In this document: piece after piece, positions 57,653 to 64,000 of the stretch | Position numbering within the stretch: the stretch's first letter is position 1 | How the letters are laid out: the number at the start of each line of letters is the position of its first letter | DNA from: a virus | Lineage: Duplodnaviria; Caudoviricetes | Length of the DNA stretch: 64,000 nt | Direction: 5' to 3' (one strand) | IMG/VR virus record: IMGVR_UViG_3300048606_000120 | Span: 45,518 to 109,517 of that record | Notes under the pieces: model-generated | Database searches by the model: none | What the model was told of the DNA's origin: nothing | The model's input: the letters and a program-made list of their open reading frames with translations, nothing else | Position numbers and translations under genes: made by a program

Positions 57653-57942
57653 GCGACGATCGGCGGGCAAAGCAGAAGCTGACCGGGGTTTACATGCAGC
57701 GCCCCGAGGAGATGCTCAGGCATGCCATTTCCGTGACGCTCTCGCTTGCTGCGGCGATGATTGCGACCAGGCGCAACACGCAAGCGCTGATCACGGTCTG
57801 CGCGGATGTGAAGCTGACGGAACGGGCTGCTCGATTGGTCATGTCCCACATGCTTCGGCAGATGGTCTGGTCTGAGGAGCCGTCATCGAAAGATTTCGAT
57901 CGGCTTGTCCAAGGAGTGGTGTCTCTCGCAAAGGAGTCATGA
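57649..57942 (+). CDS. hypothetical protein
   Basis: ATGA-coupled. Confidence 0.55.
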   Translation: MSDDRRAKQKLTGVYMQRPEEMLRHAISVTLSLAAAMIATRRNTQALITVCADVKLTERAARLVMSHMLRQMVWSEEPSSKDFDRLVQGVVSLAKES

Positions 57943-58355
57943 GGAGGACCCCGATGGCAGCCACCACCGACGACGAGATCGAGTCTTTGCGGGTCAGCCT
58001 GAGCAGCCTCAAGAGTCGTAGCCCGGATCAGCAGCTCAAGCTCTTTCCTCGTGAGCAGATCGAGAAGTGGCCGCTGCTCACTGGAGAAGATGTCGTCGTG
58101 CTGATGCAACACGTGCGGTCGATGTGGTGCAACTGCGACGAGACCTGGTCAGAGTTGCCGTGCATCGACGACGGTTGGGAGGGAATCCAGCGGCGATTCG
58201 TGCGTTACGAGCTCTGGACTGCCGGCTGTGCCAGCAACGAATACATTATCGATGCGCTGCGAGCGAACAGCCGCTTCTGGCTGACAAGCTGGGTGCAAAG
58301 CAAGCGAGGTGGCTACCACTCGTTCGAGGTGGAGCTTGGAGGCGAGCATGGCTGA
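57939..58355 (+). CDS. conserved phage hypothetical protein
   Basis: NE.II.AL..N..FW...W..S.RGG...FE motif. Confidence 0.65.
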   Translation: MRRTPMAATTDDEIESLRVSLSSLKSRSPDQQLKLFPREQIEKWPLLTGEDVVVLMQHVRSMWCNCDETWSELPCIDDGWEGIQRRFVRYELWTAGCASNEYIIDALRANSRFWLTSWVQSKRGGYHSFEVELGGEHG

Positions 58356-58743
58356 TCTTCTCGATGATCTTCTCGATGAGCCGCAGCTGCGCAGTCGGAT
58401 CGCGCAGCTCGAGTACGAGCTTGCCGATTCGCGGATCGAGTGTTCGAGGCACACTGCAGAGCTTCAGAGCGTGACTCAAGAGCGTGATCAACTACGCGCT
58501 CGATTGACGGCAGGAGGCGATGAGCGAATCGCGGAACAAGCGCGCCAGTGGCAGCTTGAGCTTCAGCAGCTGCCGGTGTTCCAGCCGAGGCGAGCTTGCC
58601 TGAATAGAGCGATGGACCGGCTCAAGGAGGCGGTGCGCGAGATGGACGGCGCAGAGCATCCGGCTGTGTGGCAGCTCACGCAGACCTGCCGGTGGTTGCT
58701 GGCTGCGATCGAGAGCAACGATGAAAGGCTGAGGATCCGATGA
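58348..58743 (+). CDS. coiled-coil hypothetical protein
   Basis: GGAGG RBS. Confidence 0.6.
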   Translation: MADLLDDLLDEPQLRSRIAQLEYELADSRIECSRHTAELQSVTQERDQLRARLTAGGDERIAEQARQWQLELQQLPVFQPRRACLNRAMDRLKEAVREMDGAEHPAVWQLTQTCRWLLAAIESNDERLRIR

Positions 58744-59021
58744 AACTCAACGAAGCGTTGTTGGCGCGTGAAGAGTCCAAGCTAAAGCTCTTGGAGCTGC
58801 GAAGGCAGATGACCGACAAGAGACAGCTGGTCGAAAAGCTAGCCCATGAGCTCAGCGAAGATGCAGCTCTCTTGAAGCGAGAGCATGCCAGGCTGGTCGA
58901 CCTCACTAGCTTGGCCGCCAAGCTGCTGCACTCGGATCTCGCTGGAGTGACTGGCAGTGCCGACAAAGCTTGCGCCTTTGCGTCTGACAGCGAGAGCAGC
59001 AGCGAAGAAGCTCACGCATAG
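58740..59021 (+). CDS. coiled-coil hypothetical protein
   Basis: Coupled ORF. Confidence 0.55.
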   Translation: MKLNEALLAREESKLKLLELRRQMTDKRQLVEKLAHELSEDAALLKREHARLVDLTSLAAKLLHSDLAGVTGSADKACAFASDSESSSEEAHA

Positions 59022-59270
59022 ATGCCCATCTCGCTGCTGGTCGACTCGCTGATCTGGGGTGGGAGTGTGGGTCACATCTACAATCAAGAACGCAGCGCAG
59101 AGCTGTACGAGAATGCGCGCTTAGTGTACGTGCTCGAGCATTTCGACGCGGTCCGAGAACTACAAATGTTCGCGCAAGGCTACAGCGTCAGCATTCGAGT
59201 GGGACTCGGCATCGAGGACACTATTATTTTCAACTTCGACTACACCCAGCCTGGTTGGTGGAAGCCATGA
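59022..59270 (+). CDS. hypothetical protein
   Basis: Abutting ORF. Confidence 0.5.
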   Translation: MPISLLVDSLIWGGSVGHIYNQERSAELYENARLVYVLEHFDAVRELQMFAQGYSVSIRVGLGIEDTIIFNFDYTQPGWWKP

Positions 59271-59536
59271 ACGTCCTCGACAAGCTCATCACATTCGTGC
59301 CGCCGATCGTCGTGGCGATGTACAAGGCGATCGCAGCTCGTGTGCGGAAGAGCAAGCGCCCGCCGCAGCCTCGAGGTCGAGTGCACCTGTGGGACGAGGT
59401 TGCGGGATGGCAGCGGCCAGCGCAGCCGGTGAGGTGCCTCTATTGCCAAGCGTCGAAGTCCGCCAGCAACATCAGCGACGCATGCTCGGGCCCGATGCTT
59501 CGAACGCGAGCGCGGACGATCAACGGGTTGAACTGA
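59267..59536 (+). CDS. small membrane-anchored Cys-containing protein
   Basis: Coupled ORF. Confidence 0.5.
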   Translation: MNVLDKLITFVPPIVVAMYKAIAARVRKSKRPPQPRGRVHLWDEVAGWQRPAQPVRCLYCQASKSASNISDACSGPMLRTRARTINGLN

Positions 59537-59781
59537 TGGACGTCAACGACGAAGAAGAGGGGCATTGCGAAGATGCGGTCTGCGAGCTTGCAGACCGCGA
59601 AGGGCTAGTCGTCATCACGCCTGAGGTTGTCGCGCTGCTCATGAGTGAGCGAGCCGCAGTTCGGGCAGCTGAGCGCGCTAGGTGCTTGCGCTGCTGCGAC
59701 GCTGCCCAGTGCTGGTCAGACAGGCCCACGATCGAGACCGTGCGAGAGCTCATCGAGTCTGGGAACGAGCCGGACAAGTGA
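59536..59781 (+). CDS. hypothetical protein
   Basis: TGATG coupling. Confidence 0.5.
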   Translation: MDVNDEEEGHCEDAVCELADREGLVVITPEVVALLMSERAAVRAAERARCLRCCDAAQCWSDRPTIETVRELIESGNEPDK

Positions 59782-60059
59782 GCTACTCTGACCGAATCCA
59801 CGAGCTGGACGACCAGCGGCTGGCAGCAGCGGCAGCCGTGCTCACGCAGCGATCGGAGCGACTGCAGCTGCCGATGAGCCCATGGGAGAGCCGGAACATC
59901 ACCGGCATAGTCGATGCGTTCCGATGCTTCGGTGCGCTGACATTTCGGCAGCGCAAAGTGTTGCGCCTGTTCGTCGGACAGTTGACTGTGGTCTTGGAGC
60001 AGCGAGCGTCGTTCGACAAGCTGCTCAAGGAGATCTTCGAGCAGGCAGCGGCGCTATGA
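59778..60059 (+). CDS. hypothetical protein
   Basis: GTGA coupling. Confidence 0.5.
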   Translation: MSYSDRIHELDDQRLAAAAAVLTQRSERLQLPMSPWESRNITGIVDAFRCFGALTFRQRKVLRLFVGQLTVVLEQRASFDKLLKEIFEQAAAL

Positions 60060-60250
60060 GCAAGGCCAAGAAGCTCGAGGGAGCGGTGCTGTTCGTGCGA
60101 GTTGGCAAAGATCTGAAGCGCGCCTTGGAGCAGCGCTTAGCGGCACAGCGAACCGCTAACCCAGGAGTGACGCTGTCCATGTCGGACATGGTCCGTTCGA
60201 TGCTCTGGAACATCATCCAGGCTGAGCAAGAGCGTCGCGCGTCAATGTGA
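60056..60250 (+). CDS. ribbon-helix-helix DNA-binding protein
   Basis: LFVRVGKDLKRALE...SMSDMVRSML strand-helix-helix pattern. Confidence 0.7.
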   Translation: MSKAKKLEGAVLFVRVGKDLKRALEQRLAAQRTANPGVTLSMSDMVRSMLWNIIQAEQERRASM

Positions 60251-60385
60251 AGGTCGGTACCACAGGATCGTCCAGACGAAGCACCCGCCCAAGAGCACAG
60301 CGATGCCAACATTCCCGCTACTGGCAGCGACTGCGCAACAGAACAGGTTGAGCGCTGCGATGATGCTTGTGAATGGCGGCTTCAT
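60242..60385 (-). CDS. small two-TM membrane protein
   Basis: Hydrophobic 47-aa ORF. Confidence 0.5.
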   Translation of the reverse strand: MKPPFTSIIAALNLFCCAVAASSGNVGIAVLLGGCFVWTILWYRPSH

Positions 60386-60567
60386 GATTGCCTTCGAGGC
60401 GGCTCCTCGACGAGCACGTCTCCCTCGCTCAAGAGGCACAGCACCACGTCCTGCACAGTGGTGAGGACTTGCCCAGCTCGGTTGCGGTGGATGTGTCCGA
60501 GGGAGAGCCGGACCCGAATCGCAGTGATCAGGTCCAGCGCCGATTTGTTCCTGACAGCATCGGTCAT
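60382..60567 (-). CDS. small hypothetical protein
   Basis: ATGA coupling. Confidence 0.5.
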   Translation of the reverse strand: MTDAVRNKSALDLITAIRVRLSLGHIHRNRAGQVLTTVQDVVLCLLSEGDVLVEEPPRRQS

Positions 60568-60752
60568 GAAGCGTCCGGCTTTTGTGTAGGAGTCGGCTTC
60601 TGCGTTTGGTCGAATGACCATTGCAGCAGCTCTAGGACGGTGGTGTCGCCGAGATGCTTCTTGCGGTTGTGCCACAGGAAGTCAGCGACGAGCTCATCGA
60701 TTGCATGATGCAGCTCGATGTGGTGCTCTCTGTGCTTCTTCTGGTCTTCCAT
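60564..60752 (-). CDS. small hypothetical protein
   Basis: 62-aa coupled ORF. Confidence 0.55.
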   Translation of the reverse strand: MEDQKKHREHHIELHHAIDELVADFLWHNRKKHLGDTTVLELLQWSFDQTQKPTPTQKPDAS

Positions 60753-60775
60753 TCAGTAAATGCGGCGCAGTCGAG

Positions 60776-61417
60776 TCATCGCTTTGCCCGTTCTCTTTCC
60801 ACGCGCGCAGCGTGGCCAGCCAGAGCTTCCGCTTCAGTCGCCCACGTCTCCTCTTCGCCGTAGTCGTCATCGCACTTTGTGATGGTGCCGAAGATGAGCG
60901 GAGGAGTCCTTTGATCTATGAGACTTGCATCCATGCCGTGCCACAGAGTGATCACTGTGGTTTTTCCGACCTCGTCTCGAGCGATGAGTCGATAGCCTTC
61001 GTAATCTTCTCGGAGCTTGGCCCAGCGCAGCAGCCCGATGCGCTGACCAGTTCGGTTGTAGTACGCGCCCACGTCGTCACGGATCGCGTTGGGAAAGACC
61101 AGATCTTCGGACATGGTCCTCAAGAGCTTAGGGACAAGATCCATGGTGTGCGGAGGAGCTCGGAACGCGTATGTCACGAATCGCGATCCGAGCGTGTTGA
61201 AGTCGTCGCGCAAATAGTCTGGGTGCTTGCGGAGGGCGGCAGTCACTGGCTCGAACCAGTGCCCGCCGCCGTTGGACGTGAACACGTGGATCTCGAGCGA
61301 TTTGTCTTCGGCCCGATGCAAGTAGCAGTCACGGAACTGACCGACTTCCTGTGGGTAGATGAGAAGCGACCCCATCCAGAAGTACGCAAGGCCAGCGCTG
61401 CTTGTCTGGTCGCTCAT
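60776..61417 (-). CDS. hypothetical protein
   Basis: 213-aa ORF; PPLIFGT..ATEAEALAGH motif recalled from phage proteins. Confidence 0.65.
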   Translation of the reverse strand: MSDQTSSAGLAYFWMGSLLIYPQEVGQFRDCYLHRAEDKSLEIHVFTSNGGGHWFEPVTAALRKHPDYLRDDFNTLGSRFVTYAFRAPPHTMDLVPKLLRTMSEDLVFPNAIRDDVGAYYNRTGQRIGLLRWAKLREDYEGYRLIARDEVGKTTVITLWHGMDASLIDQRTPPLIFGTITKCDDDYGEEETWATEAEALAGHAARVERERAKR

Positions 61418-61686
61418 TTGAAGAACGCTCGGACCTTCTGGGCAGTCGCAGGACGCAGCTGATGAGCGAATCCGGCAGCTACGCGGTACATCGTGACTTC
61501 ACTGATGCCCATACTTTCGGCCGTCTTCGGCCCGCCGTCGCTGTCGATCAAGTCACGCAGGTATTGGATCTGCTCGCGAGTGACGCGGTTGCGATCGTAA
61601 GGCCCGATCTCGAACAGCCGGATCAAGTTGTCAGGACGCTCGCTCTTGCGCCGAGCGCGACTCTTCTTCGCTGCTGATCTTCGCAT
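61414..61686 (-). CDS. helix-turn-helix (Cro/XRE-like) regulator
   Basis: TAESMGISEVTMYRVAAG; AGGAG RBS. Confidence 0.7.
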   Translation of the reverse strand: MRRSAAKKSRARRKSERPDNLIRLFEIGPYDRNRVTREQIQYLRDLIDSDGGPKTAESMGISEVTMYRVAAGFAHQLRPATAQKVRAFFK

Positions 61687-61722
61687 CTGTCTCTCCTGTG
61701 TTTGGGGCAACCCCGGGCTGGA

Positions 61723-62199
61723 TCACTTCTCACGAATGAGCTGTCGCAGCCGCAGCATCTCGGCGGCAAGCAGTGAAGCAGCTTTCTCTCGAGCAAGGAT
61801 GCTCTCCACGTCGTACTTGCCGACGTGCTGGCAGATCTCGATGGCGTCGTCGATGGCCTTGCTCGATCGGCTGCTTCGAAGCCGCTCGCAGGCGCAATCA
61901 GTCTCGGTGTTGGCGATCGTGGTCAGCTTGCTGACGAGCTTCGGCAGCTCGGCGTGGACTGATTCGAAGTAGTCAGCCGTCTCGCGGCTCAGGTGGTCGG
62001 CGGCGACGGTACCGACTCCGTTCCAGATCACCCAGCGGCTGCTCGGAAAGTTGTAACTTCCAGAGCCAGTGGCCAGATCGGCGGCTCGCCACTCCTGCGA
62101 GTCACTCCGAATCCCTTCTCGAGCGATTGCAGCAGCGCGCTTGCAGGCAAGGACGATGAGCGAGTTCGCGAGTTCTCGCAGCTGCTGCGCCCGCGTCAC
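61723..62199 (-). CDS. hypothetical protein
   Basis: GTG 62199 coupled to upstream stop. Confidence 0.55.
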   Translation of the reverse strand: MTRAQQLRELANSLIVLACKRAAAIAREGIRSDSQEWRAADLATGSGSYNFPSSRWVIWNGVGTVAADHLSRETADYFESVHAELPKLVSKLTTIANTETDCACERLRSSRSSKAIDDAIEICQHVGKYDVESILAREKAASLLAAEMLRLRQLIREK

Positions 62200-63008
62200 T
62201 TGGGATCCGTTGCTTGAGGTATTGGCTGCGCTTCTCGCAGTCTGAGCAGTCGGCACAGGTGAGCGCCGTCGCCAGCGCTCACGACCAGCTCGCCAGCCAG
62301 GCCGTGGCGCGACCACACGCTCACGTGGTCGTGTCCTCCCATCTTCACGACCAGTGCGCTTGTCACGAGCACTGCGCCTGGAGTGATCACGATCAGGTCT
62401 TCGGAGTTCACCTCTGTGCGTCGAGTGAGTGGATCGTCGATAGCCCACTCGACGGTCACCTTGTTGGCGAGCAAGTCGAAGTCGATCACGATCCCGGGCT
62501 CAGCCCCACCTGGCGGGTAAGCCATCTGCACGAAGTCGCCCGGTCGAGCAGACCTGTTCTGCGGAGCTGGCACAAACAGCCGTCCTGCGTCGCCAGCAGT
62601 CGCCGCGGCAGTTTTCGCCGCGTGGCGGTCGGATCTGCTTGGCAGCAGCTTCATGGTCTCGCTCGCACGGCGCTGGGCGAGCAGCTCATCCGGCTTCAAG
62701 AATATCGGCCCGATTTCCTGCAGAAGAATCGGCAAGTCGTCCTCTTGCTCCCGAGACTGGTCTTCGAAGAGCTGCTTCCTTACCAGACCAGCTCGCTCGC
62801 GCATGGTTGTGAGTTCGGCTCGAAGCCGATCCATTTCCTCTTGTTGGACTCGGGGGTTGTGGGCAAGTGCCTTTTGGTAGCGCTTATTCTCTGCCCGCAA
62901 CGCCTCGAGTTCGGCGAGCGCTGCGTCCTCCACAGCGGTGCGCAACACATCGATCGCATCGAGCACGTGCTTTTGGGCCGCCGCTATCTTTGCCACCGCG
63001 TCGTTCAT
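62196..63008 (-). CDS. hypothetical protein (coiled coil plus beta domain)
   Basis: 270-aa coupled ORF. Confidence 0.6.
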   Translation of the reverse strand: MNDAVAKIAAAQKHVLDAIDVLRTAVEDAALAELEALRAENKRYQKALAHNPRVQQEEMDRLRAELTTMRERAGLVRKQLFEDQSREQEDDLPILLQEIGPIFLKPDELLAQRRASETMKLLPSRSDRHAAKTAAATAGDAGRLFVPAPQNRSARPGDFVQMAYPPGGAEPGIVIDFDLLANKVTVEWAIDDPLTRRTEVNSEDLIVITPGAVLVTSALVVKMGGHDHVSVWSRHGLAGELVVSAGDGAHLCRLLRLREAQPIPQATDPK

Positions 63009-63289
63009 TCGTTCCCCCGCGACAAGAACTCCTTTTGAGAGAACGCGTACACCTCGCCCTCACTCGCAAGCACAGGCCCGAAGTCGAACGTCACCCGCAT
63101 CGGCACAGCCCCGATCGAGCTCATCGAGTCAGGCACCAGCAAACTTTCATGCACCGTGTAGCTGGACGAGATCAACCGCAGCAGCTCCATCTTCTGCGGA
63201 GCCGCAGCAAGCGTTTCATCCATCACCGCTCGAACAGCTGCCATCAGCTTCGAGTGCACCATGTGCTCTAAGTCGCTCTTGAACGTCAT
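63005..63289 (-). CDS. hypothetical protein
   Basis: GGAGAG RBS. Confidence 0.6.
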   Translation of the reverse strand: MTFKSDLEHMVHSKLMAAVRAVMDETLAAAPQKMELLRLISSSYTVHESLLVPDSMSSIGAVPMRVTFDFGPVLASEGEVYAFSQKEFLSRGNE

Positions 63290-63304
63290 CTGCTCTCTCC
63301 ATTC

Positions 63305-63613
63305 TCAAGCAGCTGGAGTGCCGCCCGGAAACCGAGCCGCATACGCAATCTGCTCCGCTAGCTCAGCAGCGCTCACCACCTCGCTGAACTCCACAGTCAC
63401 GCGAATGCCGACAGCACTGCCGTTCATCAGCGCGAGCATGCCGTCATGCACGTGAGCGCTCTCAGCGAGAGCCCGCAGCAAACGGTCCTTGTCACCCGCA
63501 CCGCTGCACTCCCGGTCAATCACTTCCAAGAAGGCTTGCTGAGCTTTGCGGTAAGCAGCAACCTCTTGCTCGAACGCAGCGCCGGTAGTCGTCGACGTGA
63601 GCTTGATCGTCAC
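63305..63613 (-). CDS. hypothetical protein, first gene of leftward operon
   Basis: GGGAGG RBS before GTG 63613. Confidence 0.6.
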   Translation of the reverse strand: MTIKLTSTTTGAAFEQEVAAYRKAQQAFLEVIDRECSGAGDKDRLLRALAESAHVHDGMLALMNGSAVGIRVTVEFSEVVSAAELAEQIAYAARFPGGTPAA

Positions 63614-63700
63614 AGCTGCCCTCCCTAAAAGAACTGTCCCTGATGCGAAACGCCCTTTTACTCCGCGACGCGCAAGGCAGGCAACTCCTTTGCGGAAGCG

Positions 63701-63724
63701 TGCCGAGGTACATGTACCTCGGCA
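63701..63724. repeat. perfect 24-bp palindrome TGCCGAGGTACATGTACCTCGGCA
   Basis: Read directly. Confidence 0.9.
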
Positions 63725-63798
63725 ACGGCGGCAAGACAGATGGCCAGCCAGGCTCACCAGCAGCGTGAGAGCTGGGCCATATACCTCGGGGAAACGGG

Positions 63799-63913
63799 AA
63801 GTGTCTTTGAAATGCCCTTCGACCAAAGAACCAAGGCGGCACCCAAGTGTCTTTGAAATGCCCTTCGACCAAGAGAGAGGCGGGCAAGTGTCTTTGAAAT
63901 GATCCCTTTGCCA
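63799..63913. repeat. three direct repeats AAGTGTCTTTGAAATG(CCCTTCGACCAA)
   Basis: Copies at 63799 and 63845 (28 bp identical) and 63886 (16 bp identical, then diverged). Confidence 0.9.
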
Positions 63914-64000
63914 GCCACGCCCTGCAGAAGGGAAAGAAGTCCTACCCAAAGCAGCCCGGAATTCACCAAGATGTGAGACAGGAGCCTACCCGATAAACAC

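Noticed and set aside
62048-62057. Ninth palindrome copy (AAGTTGTAAC)
   Set aside because: Half-site only, inside a CDS; could be chance
63799-63913. CRISPR mini-array
   Set aside because: Intervening sequences are only 13-18 bp and resemble each other (AGGCGG); the third repeat is degenerate; no cas genes
1-64000. Stop-codon reassignment
   Set aside because: Core genes are intact in the standard code and all three stops end genes
1-64000. tRNA, rRNA, integrase or transposase
   Set aside because: None recognisable by eye; tRNAscan was not run

Overview
The window is an internal 64-kb segment of a high-GC tailed phage or prophage with a contractile tail. The host cannot be determined here; Myxococcota is only a guess from gene style. 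1-32.8 kb is a rightward morphogenesis region: neck genes, sheath, T4-gp19-like tube, chaperone, tape measure, tube-initiator/LysM/gpD/gpV, gp25/J/I baseplate, several fibre or spike proteins and an embedded holin-amidase pair. It is interrupted by many tiny, often antisense genes. 33.6-60.3 kb is a rightward replication/recombination region: MazG, SF2 helicase, DnaB, primase, intein-containing UvrD, sigma factor, PolB, UvsY-like, SSB-like, RecA, SbcD/SbcC, RuvC, DNA methyltransferase and small genes ending in a ribbon-helix-helix gene. 60.2-63.6 kb is a leftward small-gene operon preceded by a repeat- and palindrome-rich non-coding region. The main unexplained signals are: (i) eight dispersed copies of the palindrome (AG)TTGTAACCTCGAGGTTACAA(CT), mostly at gene boundaries; (ii) a family-B polymerase ending in what looks like the DnaE clamp motif plus tau-binding tail; (iii) a hairpin-rich origin-like intergenic region; (iv) an intein with a GIY-YIG-like core; (v) tiny antisense envelope proteins beside receptor-binding genes. 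All product calls come from motif recognition by eye; no database searches were run.
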